Assembly: GCA_014729675.1 (NCBI GenBank)
Contig: WJJM01000039.1
Location: 1,479-65,478, forward strand
Length of the DNA: 64,000 bases
DNA from: Candidatus Woesearchaeota archaeon
GTDB lineage: Archaea; Nanobdellota; Nanobdellia; Woesearchaeales; WJKL01
Direction: 5' to 3'
In this document: positions 10,596 through 20,457 of the stretch, in pieces
How positions within the stretch are numbered: position 1 is the first letter of the stretch
Layout of the letters: each line of letters begins with the position of its first letter
The notes under the pieces: model-generated
Databases searched by the model: none
What the model was told of the DNA's origin: nothing
What the model saw: only the letters and a program-made list of their open reading frames with translations
Position numbers and translations under genes: made by a program

Positions 10596-11390
10596 ATGAG
10601 GGGGTTAACTATAGATCTAGAGGACTGGTTCCAGGTATATAATTTCAGCAGGATAATAAAACAGGAAGACTGGGGCAAGCAGAGAGAGAGGGTCATAAGG
10701 AACACTGACAGGCTGCTGGATGTTCTTGATGAATACGATACTAAAGCTACATTCTTTGTCCTTGGATGGATAGCTGAAAAATATCCTTTTCTTGTGAATG
10801 AGATCGCGACAAGAGGCCATGAGATAGGATGTCATGGTTACAGCCATAAGCCTGTATTTCTTATGAGCAAAGAAGAGTTTGAGCATGATCTTGAAAGATC
10901 TGTAAAAGCAATAAAAAAAGCATGCGGAGCAAGGCCAAAAGGATACAGGGCTCCAAGTTTTTCTATAACAAAAAAGACATTGTGGGCATTGGATGTCCTG
11001 AAGGAAAATGGATTTGAGTATGATTCTTCTATGATGCCCACTGACAAACATCCTGATTATGGGATAAAAGGAATTCCACGGAAACCATTTATGATAAAAG
11101 GCATAAAAGAGATTCCTTTGACAACAGTACATGGACTGCCTGTAGGTGGAGGATATTTCAGGGCATACCCTTATATCTTGACAAGGTATCTGATGAAAAA
11201 AGACAAGAATTCTATATTTTATATCCACCCATGGGAGTTTGATCCAAAGATTCCAAGATACAATCTTCCTTTGTTGAAAAGGTTCAGGCATTATGTTGGA
11301 CTGAAAAAAACGAGAAAGAAGTTCAGGAAACTATTGAGGGATTTTAGATTTGATAAGCTGGATAATATCATCAAAAAGGACTTCTCTTGA
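10596..11390 (+). CDS. Polysaccharide deacetylase (NodB-homology), exosortase/PEP-CTERM-locus-type subfamily-like
   Basis: N-terminal LTIDLEDWFQV motif and TFFVLGWIAEKYP...GHEIGCHGYSH NodB core. ORF track starts at TTG 10584; ATG at 10596 preferred. Confidence 0.65.
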   Translation: MRGLTIDLEDWFQVYNFSRIIKQEDWGKQRERVIRNTDRLLDVLDEYDTKATFFVLGWIAEKYPFLVNEIATRGHEIGCHGYSHKPVFLMSKEEFEHDLERSVKAIKKACGARPKGYRAPSFSITKKTLWALDVLKENGFEYDSSMMPTDKHPDYGIKGIPRKPFMIKGIKEIPLTTVHGLPVGGGYFRAYPYILTRYLMKKDKNSIFYIHPWEFDPKIPRYNLPLLKRFRHYVGLKKTRKKFRKLLRDFRFDKLDNIIKKDFS

Positions 11391-13053
11391 AATATCTTGT
11401 ATGCAAAAGTTTTTCTGACTTTTTAGACAAAGGTTTGCCTAAGAATTCTTCATATATCTGTTTTATCATAGGATTTTCATGAGATTTTCTTAAAGGCAAT
11501 CTTTTGTCTTCTTCATAGATTGCTTCTATTCTTTTCTTTATCTTTTCTTTTTCATAAGGCAAAGGCTGACCTCCTCCACTTATACAGCCTCCAGGGCATG
11601 CCATGATCTCTATGAAATCAAATTTATCTTTCTCTTTAAGAAGTTCTCTTGCGTTTTTCAGGCCATTTGCAACTGCAAACCTTATCTTTTTTCCGTCAAG
11701 ATCAACTTTCCCTGTCTTTATACCATCTAACCCTCTTGTCTCTTTAAAATCAACACTTTTAAGCTCTTTTCCTGTTGCCAGTTCATAAGCTGTCCTTAAT
11801 GCTGCTTCCATTACCCCTCCTGTTGCGCCGAATATAGCTGCAGCTCCTGTGGACATGCCAAGCACAGGGTCAAAATCTTCATCAGAAAGATTTTTGAAAT
11901 CAATGTTGAAGTGCTCTATAAGCCTTGCTGTCTCTCTTGTTGTCAGAACATAATCAACTCCTGACTTCAGTTCAGGACGGGTCGACTCAAACTTCTTTGC
12001 TGTACAGGGCATTATGGATACAACTATTATATCCTCCTTAGGAATGTTTGCCTTTTTAGCATAATATGTTTTTATAAGGCTGCCAAGCATCTCGTGAGGA
12101 GATTTGCATGATGACATGTTCTTGTTTTTTATGAGATCATGATAGAAATGTTCCATGAACTTTATCCAGGCAGGGCAGCAGGTTGTTATCATAGGAAATC
12201 CTTTATTTTCTTTTATCCTCTTCAGAAGTTCAGAGCCTTCTTCCATGATCGTAAGGTCAGCTCCGAAGTTTGTGTCAAAAACTTTGTCAAAACCGCATCT
12301 TCTTAATGCAGCAACCATCTTTCCTGTAACTAAAGTTCCAGGAGGAAGATCAAATTCCTCTCCTAATGATGCTCTTATAGATGGAGCAGTCTGGACAACA
12401 ACATGTTTCTTTTTGTCTTTAAGAACCTTCAAAACTTCCTGCAGATGCTCTCTTTCTGAGATGGCTCCTACAGGGCATGCAGCTATACACTGTCCGCATT
12501 TTATGCATGCTACATCATTTAAGTTCTTTTCAGAATAAGGAGTTACGTGTTCATGATGAGCTCTTTGTGCAAAGTCTATAGCCCATGTTGACTGTATCTT
12601 GTCGCATACAGCAACACATCTTCCGCAATTTATGCAAAGATTATCATCTCTTATTACAGAAGCTCCTAAGTCAACCTTATATTTCTTTTTTGGATCAAAT
12701 CTTACTTCTCTAATGCCCAGTTCATGGATCAGTCTGCAAAGATCATGATTCTTGTTTTCTCTGAAGCATTTATCCATATGTTCTGGCATGAGAAGCTCTG
12801 CATTTACTTTTCTTGCCCTTTTTACTTTCTCAGAGTTTGTCTTTATCTCCATACCTTCTTTTGGATATGAACTGCAGGATGTTATCAGTTTTCCATCTTT
12901 TGTCTCAACAATACATAACCTGCATCTTGCTTCTGGCTCAAGGTTTTCCTGATAGCATAATGTAGGGATATTTATTCCGTTATCTTTGCATACTTGAAGA
13001 ATAGTCTTTCCTTCTTCACATTCAATTTTTTTGTTGTTGATCTTTATATTCAT
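11371..13053 (-). CDS. hydA: [FeFe]-hydrogenase catalytic subunit (HydA/HndD-like) with N-terminal 2Fe-2S and 4Fe-4S ferredoxin domains
   Basis: H-cluster motifs L1 TTCCPAW, L2 MPCTAKKFE, L3 EIMACPGGCISGGGQP; CINCGRCVAVC and CIKCGQCIAACP ferredoxin motifs. Confidence 0.85.
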   Translation of the reverse strand: MNIKINNKKIECEEGKTILQVCKDNGINIPTLCYQENLEPEARCRLCIVETKDGKLITSCSSYPKEGMEIKTNSEKVKRARKVNAELLMPEHMDKCFRENKNHDLCRLIHELGIREVRFDPKKKYKVDLGASVIRDDNLCINCGRCVAVCDKIQSTWAIDFAQRAHHEHVTPYSEKNLNDVACIKCGQCIAACPVGAISEREHLQEVLKVLKDKKKHVVVQTAPSIRASLGEEFDLPPGTLVTGKMVAALRRCGFDKVFDTNFGADLTIMEEGSELLKRIKENKGFPMITTCCPAWIKFMEHFYHDLIKNKNMSSCKSPHEMLGSLIKTYYAKKANIPKEDIIVVSIMPCTAKKFESTRPELKSGVDYVLTTRETARLIEHFNIDFKNLSDEDFDPVLGMSTGAAAIFGATGGVMEAALRTAYELATGKELKSVDFKETRGLDGIKTGKVDLDGKKIRFAVANGLKNARELLKEKDKFDFIEIMACPGGCISGGGQPLPYEKEKIKKRIEAIYEEDKRLPLRKSHENPMIKQIYEEFLGKPLSKKSEKLLHTRYFKRSPF

Positions 13054-14192
13054 CTTGCTGTCCTTTTTCTTGTCTTCTTCTCTTTAACCCTTTCTTCAAA
13101 CTCACTTCTGAAATATTTTAGAGCATTGAGAAGGTGGTTTGTTGAGGTCTGGCCAAGGCCGCAGAAGGATGTCTCCTTTATGACTTCTGCAAGCTCTTTT
13201 AGAGTGTCAAGATCTTTCATGTCTGCATTTTTCATAGATATGTTTTCAAGTATGTTCAGGATACGATATGTGCCTTCTCTGCAGGGAGTGCATTTTCCGC
13301 AGGATTCAAACTCATAAAATTTGGCTATGTTTGTAACTAAATCTACTATCGATTGTTTTTCATCTACTGCTATTATAGTGCAGGAGCCAAGCATGCATTC
13401 TTTTCCGCAAATAGCATCTGGGTGAAGAGGGATGTCACAATGAGGGATACACCCTCCAAAGCATCCAAAGAACACTGCTTTTATAGGATTTTTTGGTCTT
13501 CCAAGCTTAATCAGATCACATAAAGGAGTTCCTAAAGGAAGTTCATATACTCCTGGTCTTGTAACATTTCCGGACAATGAATATAATCTTAAGTTCTTGT
13601 TCCAATCATCATAGAGCATAGCCAGAGGAACATTTGCTAAAGTTTCAACATTATTGATCACTGTTGGCTTGCTATATAATCCTCTTACTGTTGGAAAAGG
13701 AGGTTTTGTTCTTGCCTGTCCTCTTTTGCCCTCTATTGATTCCAGGATCGCGGTTTCATCTCCGCATATATATGCTCCTGCTCCGATAACTATCTCAATA
13801 GGTGTTTCTGATCCTGTCCTGTTTTTTATCTTAGTTATTGCTTTTTTTAGTTTTGATTCTAAATAGTCATATTCTCCTCTTAAGTAGATGAATGCTTTTT
13901 TTGCTTTGATTGCATAGGCTGCTATAAGGATGCCTTCTATAAGTGCTTCTGGATTTTTTTCTATTATAAATTTGTCTTTGAAAGTTCCTGGCTCTCCTTC
14001 GTCAGCATTGCAGATGAGATATTTTTCAGAATCCTTTTCTTTTGAGACCATCTCCCATTTTGACCCTGTTGGAAAGTTAGCCCCTCCTCTTCCTGAAAGG
14101 CCTTTTTTCTTTATCAGGTCTATAGTCGCTTTTGAACCTAGTTTTATTGCTTTTCTATATGCTCTTTGAAGAGGTTTTCTTAGTATCTGCAT
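13050..14192 (-). CDS. hydB: NuoF-like NAD(P)H-binding flavoprotein subunit of hydrogenase (HydB/HndC-like)
   Basis: GRGGANFPTGSKW FMN/NADH motif; ESCGKCTPCREG 4Fe-4S motif; 4-nt overlap with hydA. Confidence 0.8.
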   Translation of the reverse strand: MQILRKPLQRAYRKAIKLGSKATIDLIKKKGLSGRGGANFPTGSKWEMVSKEKDSEKYLICNADEGEPGTFKDKFIIEKNPEALIEGILIAAYAIKAKKAFIYLRGEYDYLESKLKKAITKIKNRTGSETPIEIVIGAGAYICGDETAILESIEGKRGQARTKPPFPTVRGLYSKPTVINNVETLANVPLAMLYDDWNKNLRLYSLSGNVTRPGVYELPLGTPLCDLIKLGRPKNPIKAVFFGCFGGCIPHCDIPLHPDAICGKECMLGSCTIIAVDEKQSIVDLVTNIAKFYEFESCGKCTPCREGTYRILNILENISMKNADMKDLDTLKELAEVIKETSFCGLGQTSTNHLLNALKYFRSEFEERVKEKKTRKRTAR

Positions 14193-14596
14193 TATTTTAG
14201 CCCCTTTATTATTTCGTCAATCTTCTCTTTTGTCAAAGAAGTATACACTTCTTTGCCTATCTTCATGGCAGGAGCTTTATCACAGCAGCCGATGCATGAA
14301 CAGATATACAATGAAAATCTTTTGTCTTCTGTTGTCTGGCCTGATTTGATTTTAAGTTTTTTTTCAAGATATTTTATTATGTTTAATGAACCATTAAGAT
14401 AGCAGGAAGGAGAGTTGCATATCTCTATTATATGTTTTCCCTGAGGTTTAGTGTGGAGCTGTGAATAAAATGTTGCTGCAGCATATATCTTTGCTACAGG
14501 AATATTCATCTTTTTGCTGAGCTTTTTCATAGAATCTTCTGAGATATAGCCTTTTTTTCCCTGTATCTGTTTTAATTCTTTTAATAATAAAGACAT
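14192..14596 (-). CDS. hydC: NuoE-like thioredoxin-fold 2Fe-2S subunit (HydC/HndA-like)
   Basis: CNSPSCYLNGS...CSCIGCCDKAP cysteine pattern; internal ATG 14596 preceded by AGAGGTG SD preferred over the 218-aa ORF whose first 84 aa are low-complexity. Confidence 0.6.
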   Translation of the reverse strand: MSLLLKELKQIQGKKGYISEDSMKKLSKKMNIPVAKIYAAATFYSQLHTKPQGKHIIEICNSPSCYLNGSLNIIKYLEKKLKIKSGQTTEDKRFSLYICSCIGCCDKAPAMKIGKEVYTSLTKEKIDEIIKGLK

Positions 14597-14647
14597 TTTA
14601 CACCTCTTATTCTGATGGAGTGTTCTTTTGTTTAAATAGTTTTTTAT

Positions 14648-15274
14648 TTGATAATTGTAATGATGAATCATGATTTTAGAAAAATATTTAAACTGAACAA
14701 GTATCTTTTTATTATGTATGAATTTGAGAATGTAAAGAAGTTTTTTGACATTTCTGATTATAATTATAGTTCCATGTATAAATATATAGAATTGTTTATC
14801 TTTTCTGCTGCAGGATTTTTTATACCTTTTTTTATAGGGCATCCTCAAATAGTTGTGGGGATAATAGTGAACAGTTTTCTGATAAGTTCTTCATTAAAGT
14901 TTAAAGATTATAAGATATTGCCTGTAGTTGTGATGCCTTCATTGGGGGCTTTGTCAAGAGGGTTGTTGTTTGGGCCATATACTCCTTTTTTATTTTATAT
15001 GATTCCTTTTATTTGGATTGGAAATTATCTTTTAGTCTATGCTTTTAGGCAGTTTAAGCTTAAGAAGAAGCTTAATTATTGGCTTAGTCTTGGGATGGGT
15101 ATCGTTTTCAAGGCAGGATTCTTGTTTTTAACTGCTTACATATTCTATATTTTTGGAGTTGTTCCAGCTGTATTTTTGACTGCGATGGGAGTTATGCAGG
15201 CTATAACTGCTTTTGGAGGAGGAGTTGCTGCTTTTGGTTATGAGAAAATCAGCAGATGGGTCAATAGAAGTTAG
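14648..15274 (+). CDS. Integral membrane protein, hypothetical
   Basis: Multiple hydrophobic helices; no motif recognised. Confidence 0.35.
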   Translation: MIIVMMNHDFRKIFKLNKYLFIMYEFENVKKFFDISDYNYSSMYKYIELFIFSAAGFFIPFFIGHPQIVVGIIVNSFLISSSLKFKDYKILPVVVMPSLGALSRGLLFGPYTPFLFYMIPFIWIGNYLLVYAFRQFKLKKKLNYWLSLGMGIVFKAGFLFLTAYIFYIFGVVPAVFLTAMGVMQAITAFGGGVAAFGYEKISRWVNRS

Positions 15275-16349
15275 TCAATCTTTTAAGAGCATAAAGCCTG
15301 TCTTTTTTTCCAAGTTTTGCTTTTCTTACTGCATCTCTTAATATCTGCGTATTATTGTCCATCAGTTTTTTGTCTACAGGATAAGGGATGCAGTCTTTCC
15401 CTCCGTGAGCAAATGAATATTTTACTGGATCTTTCCAGGAGGCCGGCTTTCCGTGGACAATGTCTGCGATCATAGCCAGGCTTCTTATGGTCTTAGGGCC
15501 AACACCTTTGACTGAAAGAAGCTGTTCATAATTCTCAGGCTGGATCTCATATGCTTTCTGCAGGGTCTGGATGTTTATCTTTTTCATGTCTATGATGTCA
15601 TGCCGCGGGTTGAATGTAATTTCAGGGGCTTTTTCTGAGAAACTGTCTAATGTCATCTGGGGCGGCTTTTTTATGTATCTTTCAAGATGTTTTGGGTTGT
15701 CTTTTACAATATCAAGGCAGATACTTTTATTTTCCCTGCTTTTTTTAGAGGTCATGTCAAGGACATTGTCCTGTTTTTTATCGCAGCAGATGCCTTCATG
15801 AGGTTCTTCTATGTAGGATCCCACATTGTCTGAAAGCCAGTGATATCTTCTTGCATAGTGGTCGTTCATGCCCTGCTGGATCACTGCATATCTTCCTTTT
15901 TCTGTGAATATGAAAACATGATGGTAGAGGTTATAAGAATCCTGCACCAATGATGTATCAACTTTTGCTGTTATCTTTGAAGCGTATTTCAGTTTTTCAA
16001 GTTTTTGTGTGGAAATAGATAACTGAGAGTTTTCTATCTCTGAAGGAGTCTTTCTTGAAGCTGCTCCTTTTCCTCCTGCTATAGTTATACCGAGATTGAG
16101 GGAGTTGATGGATTCTTTCAATGCGCCGCAGGTTGTGGTCGTGGTTCCTGATGAATGCCAGTCAAAACCAATCACACAGGAAAGTGCCTGGAAGAAATAA
16201 GGGTTTGAGAGTCTTCTTATAAATTCTTCTGAGCCATATTCATCCACTATCATCTCTGAAATTACTCCTGAAAGTTTTTTCATACGCGGAAACAGCCACT
16301 TTGGGCATTTTCCTGTATGCAATGGGAGGTTTACTGTTCCTGTTCTCAT
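15261..16349 (-). CDS. Conserved archaeal protein, DUF763-like
   Basis: N-terminal MRTGTVNLPLHTGKCPKWLF and FDWHSSGTTTT segment resemble the DUF763 family as remembered; not verified. Confidence 0.4.
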   Translation of the reverse strand: MRTGTVNLPLHTGKCPKWLFPRMKKLSGVISEMIVDEYGSEEFIRRLSNPYFFQALSCVIGFDWHSSGTTTTTCGALKESINSLNLGITIAGGKGAASRKTPSEIENSQLSISTQKLEKLKYASKITAKVDTSLVQDSYNLYHHVFIFTEKGRYAVIQQGMNDHYARRYHWLSDNVGSYIEEPHEGICCDKKQDNVLDMTSKKSRENKSICLDIVKDNPKHLERYIKKPPQMTLDSFSEKAPEITFNPRHDIIDMKKINIQTLQKAYEIQPENYEQLLSVKGVGPKTIRSLAMIADIVHGKPASWKDPVKYSFAHGGKDCIPYPVDKKLMDNNTQILRDAVRKAKLGKKDRLYALKRLTNFY

Positions 16350-17489
16350 GGATTATTGGAAGAATTCTTTGTTTAAATAATCTTTCAGGGCGTTTGAACA
16401 GTGGTATTACCTGACTAACTCTTTTAGAAGCTTAAAACAGTCTTTTGTGTCTTCCAAGACATAATGATAATCTTTTGATATAAGGTTGAACAATGAAAGC
16501 ACCAGAAGTAGAAAGATGATGTGCATCGCTATTATTGTGTTATTTATGAGTGGCATTATATCAGCAATATGATTATGATAATTACTGTAAGGAAAAAGGG
16601 CGCTGCAGATATAGCTGCTTTGGCCGGCTTTTCCTTCAGTTTAGGTATTATTCGTCTATCGTATGCCATCATCTTAATAATAAAAAGAGGGAAAGGTCCT
16701 GTTTAAAAACCTTTCCTCAAAAATAAAAATCAACTGTTGTTTGTCTTGCAAGCGAGAGTCTAAGATAGCCCGAAAATTTTCTCGCAGACAGGCATCGCCT
16801 CGTCTGCTTCCATCAGCAGGCTGAGTCTGCGGTTTTGCAGGGCCATACTTCAGGAACTTGCTCGACTTTTGACAGAAGAGGAAATTGTCCTTTGCTTCAA
16901 GGGTTAAATTTCTCTTCAGTGATGCGCAGTCTGACAGCACGCAGCACCTTATCTTCTGTTCAGTCTTGATTTTTTTGTTAGAGAAAAAGGGAACAAAAGT
17001 TCCCTCTCCCTAAACACCTCTTTTTCCCGAAGGCATGTGATAGAGTGTGCAAGATTCCAAGCCTTGCTTGGAATCCAATGTGATGTAATGAGGATGAATA
17101 AAGGCTCCCTTTTGTGTGAGGGGTGTGTTTTAGAATTAAGGTGGGAGCCTTTAGTTGATCATGAAGAGCAGGTAAACGATTCCCCGGATGGATTGAATTT
17201 CAGGTTGCGCTTGTCCATGACATATCTTACCTGGACAAGTATATTGTCTTTCAAAAACTCTTCCTGGAAATGAAGACATTTTGGGGATATATCGTTTATT
17301 TTCATCTTATCACCTTAATTATCTAATATACCTACTAGTATATAAATGTACCTATTTTGTATACTGGTGTATAGATATGTTTTTTAGGCAATTTTAAGAA
17401 TTTTAGCATTATAGGGCCTGAAGTGTTGAAATTCTGTTATGAGTACTTTAAAGTACTAAACTGTAAAAAATCAAGAATTTTGGTAAAAA

Positions 17490-17960
17490 TTATTTGTATT
17501 CTTTTCTTATCCTGTATTTTTTCGGGTTAAAAGTCTGGATCATGGATATCATCTTTTCTATGCAGGACATGAAGAAGACATCTTCCCTGGATTTTTCTGA
17601 GAAGCTATTTCCGTCAAACACAAGCCCGTTCCAAAGATAATTGATATATAGTGCAGGATTTTCAAGCTTTTCCAGCCTGCTTCTGATGTACGAATCATCC
17701 TTTAATGCTGCAGTTTCAAGGAATTCCAGATCTACATAGAAAGGAATGGATCTTGCTTTTCTGAAAATCTTTTCCATCTTAGAAACTTGCTTTTTATTGT
17801 TTTCATCTTCTATAAGGAGCATATCTATATCACTTTCTTCATGCATTGTGTTCTTTGCAACAGATCCGTGGAGTATTATATAATCAAAACATCCTGATCC
17901 ATATGCAAGAGATGCAAGTTCAACAGCATAGTCCATCTGTTTCATAGAAGATATTGTCAA
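17490..17960 (-). CDS. Minimal nucleotidyltransferase (Pol-beta superfamily) domain protein
   Basis: ILHGSVAKNTMHEESDIDMLLIED = GS..(D/E).D.D nucleotidyltransferase motif. Confidence 0.5.
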   Translation of the reverse strand: MTISSMKQMDYAVELASLAYGSGCFDYIILHGSVAKNTMHEESDIDMLLIEDENNKKQVSKMEKIFRKARSIPFYVDLEFLETAALKDDSYIRSRLEKLENPALYINYLWNGLVFDGNSFSEKSREDVFFMSCIEKMISMIQTFNPKKYRIRKEYK

Positions 17961-18069
17961 TCGTGTTTTTTAAAGATGAGGTTTTATTGACATTATATAG
18001 TTTAAAGTTTAATCTTTAAGTTATAAATTAGTCAGCTGCTTGTGATGATAGTTTAAAAATAATTATATT

Positions 18070-18292
18070 TAGGTCAACAAATTTGTTTTGTAGATTATTA
18101 AAAAGTTCAATCCTTACTGATAACGCTCACTGCGTTCGCTAACTCTACCTCTGAAACAGATGCGTTGAGTTCTAAATTATCTTAACTGGATGCTTCAGTT
18201 GATTAGAATCAAAGCCAGAAATCAGCTTAGCTGCGGAGAGAGACTGTGCACGACCATTGAAGTTGTGAGTGTCATCAATGAGATTGAAGGAT
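18070..18292 (+). repeat. Copy B of dispersed GC-rich structured element family
   Basis: taggtcaaca... gataacgctcac... gcgttgagttct... gagactgtgcacga... gtgagtg.cat... gattgaagg; TATA-like tttaaaaata about 10 nt upstream; 5-prime ttcaatcc and 3-prime ggattgaa-type ends complementary. Confidence 0.55.
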
Positions 18293-18425
18293 TTTAAACT
18301 TAAGAAAATAAATAATGTATCATATCTAGGATTGAATCTTAGTTTGCTTTTTGAGAATAATAAAAAATCCTGATCTTAAAGCAGACTTTCTCAAAAAACA
18401 ATATATGTCTTTAGATTTAAAATAT

Positions 18426-20303
18426 CTATTTTTTAAAGAAATCTTCTATCTTTTCTTTATACATGTTGGTTATCTGGGTGTTCCATTCTGAAGGAAAGTA
18501 TTTTCTGTAGGTGTTCCAGACATATCTTTCGTCAAGGAAGATTATCACTCCCCTGTCTTTTCCAGTACGGATACATCTTCCAGCTGACTGGAAGCATTTT
18601 GTCATCGCAGGGAATATGTATCCATATTCTGTCCCGTTCCTGAACTTGTCTTCATAATAATCTATCAGCTCTTTTGTCTCCAAGTCAGGCCTTTGCAGCG
18701 GCAGGCCTACGACTATGACAGCTTTTAGAAGATCTCCCGGCAGATCTATGCCTTCTGCAAAATTTGCCGAAGATACCCCAAGCAGGACAGCACCTGTCTT
18801 TTCATAGCTCTTGAACCTTTCCAGAAGATCCTGTTTTTCTTCTTTGCTTAGTCTTGGCTGTTCTGAAAATATAGTCTTTGTGCATATGTTCTTGAAGTAT
18901 TCATTTACTTCATCTCTTAACTTGTAGCTTGGGAAGAATACAGCAGAGTTTCCTGGAACTGAATTTATTGTCCTTGCAAGTATGGCTGCTATACGTTTAT
19001 ATTCTGAGACAGATCTTCTTGTGAATTTTGTTGTTGTGTGGGGGATTATCATAGAAAGCCTGTTTTCAGGAGGAAAAGGGGACGGATATTCTTTTTCTAA
19101 AGTCATATCTTTTGGAAATCCGAGAAGGTCTCTGTACATAGAAGTAGGAGATAATGTTCCTGACATGATAATCGTGGAGTGTGCATTCTGGATTATCTCT
19201 TTAGTCAAAAGAGAGGGATCAAGGCACCTGTAGGCAAGGATAATCTGCTTTTTACCACGGAACATCTTTTTTGTCAAGATTCTTGCAAATGACTTGTCTT
19301 CTCCAAGCCATGCTTCAAGAAATGAAGCGATGCCGCCCATAGATGATTTCTGCTGTTTTTTCTTTATCTCTTCGCTTATGAACTCAAAATGGGCAATAAG
19401 CTCATCATACTTTTCTATACTATTTATCTTATCCATGAACTCCTGTTTTTTTATTAGTTTTTCCTGCTCTGGAAAATTATCTTCAAATACAGCAAGCTCT
19501 TCAAGTGCATCTCTTATAGATTCAAGGTAGGATTCTGTGTCATTGTATTTGAATTTCCTTGCTTCCTTAATGGCTCTCTGGATCATGAATGTTGAGAGTT
19601 TGTCTGTCATCAGGTCTCTTATCCTTCTTGGAAGGTTGTGGCCTTCATCTATTATTACGATGCAGTCTTCGATAGATTTCTTTGTCTTGTTGAAGATGAG
19701 CTCCCTTATATGGGGGTTGAATATATAAGAATAATCAGAGATTATGACTTTTGCTTTCTCTGCTACCATAGCAGATATCTCATAAGCGCAGAGTTTCTCT
19801 TTTTCGCATTCTTTTACTATCTCTTCGCAATGGTAAGGTGTTTCAAGTTTTGAAAGAAAATACTCTGCCTGCACTGTCGGCTTGCCTGATTTTTTTCTTG
19901 TATTTGTATGATGTTCGCATTTGTTTTCCTCTTTTTGTGTCTTGCAGTATTCGTAAAACTCATTTGAGTAAAGTTCTCTCACACCAGGAACAGGGCACAT
20001 GCTTTGCTTTCCTATTAGGTCTGCTGTCCTGAAGTCAAGTTTGTGCTTTTGCTTCATAATCTTTAATGTTTCGATAGCTATCTGATGTTGTGTGTGCTTG
20101 GAAGTCAGGAAGAATATGGTCAGGTCCTTTTTCATAGCATAGAACAATGCAGGAGCAAGAGCTGCTGCTGTCTTGCCTAATCCGGTAGGTGCATGCGCGA
20201 CAAGGTTCTTTTTGTCTTTGATGCAGTCATGTATATCCTGCACAAGCTGGGTTTGCTTGTCTCTTATCTTTGAATGAGGAAAAAATATCTCTTCGGCGTT
20301 CAT
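18426..20303 (-). CDS. xpd: XPD/Rad3-family DNA helicase with 4Fe-4S domain
   Basis: APTGLGKT Walker A; DEGHNL DEAH box; four-Cys FeS insert (CPVPG...C...C...C). ORF track extends to 20531; internal ATG (20303, alt 20321) fits the XPD N-terminus better. Confidence 0.8.
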   Translation of the reverse strand: MNAEEIFFPHSKIRDKQTQLVQDIHDCIKDKKNLVAHAPTGLGKTAAALAPALFYAMKKDLTIFFLTSKHTQHQIAIETLKIMKQKHKLDFRTADLIGKQSMCPVPGVRELYSNEFYEYCKTQKEENKCEHHTNTRKKSGKPTVQAEYFLSKLETPYHCEEIVKECEKEKLCAYEISAMVAEKAKVIISDYSYIFNPHIRELIFNKTKKSIEDCIVIIDEGHNLPRRIRDLMTDKLSTFMIQRAIKEARKFKYNDTESYLESIRDALEELAVFEDNFPEQEKLIKKQEFMDKINSIEKYDELIAHFEFISEEIKKKQQKSSMGGIASFLEAWLGEDKSFARILTKKMFRGKKQIILAYRCLDPSLLTKEIIQNAHSTIIMSGTLSPTSMYRDLLGFPKDMTLEKEYPSPFPPENRLSMIIPHTTTKFTRRSVSEYKRIAAILARTINSVPGNSAVFFPSYKLRDEVNEYFKNICTKTIFSEQPRLSKEEKQDLLERFKSYEKTGAVLLGVSSANFAEGIDLPGDLLKAVIVVGLPLQRPDLETKELIDYYEDKFRNGTEYGYIFPAMTKCFQSAGRCIRTGKDRGVIIFLDERYVWNTYRKYFPSEWNTQITNMYKEKIEDFFKK

Positions 20304-20457
20304 ACTGGAAAGAAAAGACATCTGGTTTATAAGGATTTTGCAAGCAGGTGAACAGTGGATTAGAAAAACTCCAAAAAACGAAATATTTAAATACTTGCTG
20401 GGTTCTCTATTTTTTGAAATATATTTTATAAGACAATCATTTGGGGGAAGATTTTTT

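Noticed and set aside
14597-14848. Long N-terminal extension of the NuoE-like ORF (218 aa as given in the ORF track)
   Set aside because: The first 84 residues are low-complexity K/I/N-rich with no similarity to NuoE. An internal ATG with an AGAGGTG Shine-Dalgarno gives a canonical-size protein.
16674-17273. ORFs 16674-16940 (-) and 17037-17273 (+) as protein-coding genes
   Set aside because: They lie in the anomalously GC-rich, hairpin-dense segment with no RBS or protein-like composition. Treated as part of a candidate ncRNA region instead.
16700-17300. Assignment of the GC-rich segment to RNase P RNA or SRP RNA
   Set aside because: Could not find the CR-I/CR-V (GNAARNUC...GGCUUA) or SRP helix-8 (GGAAG...AGCAGC) signatures by eye. 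Left as unclassified candidate ncRNA.
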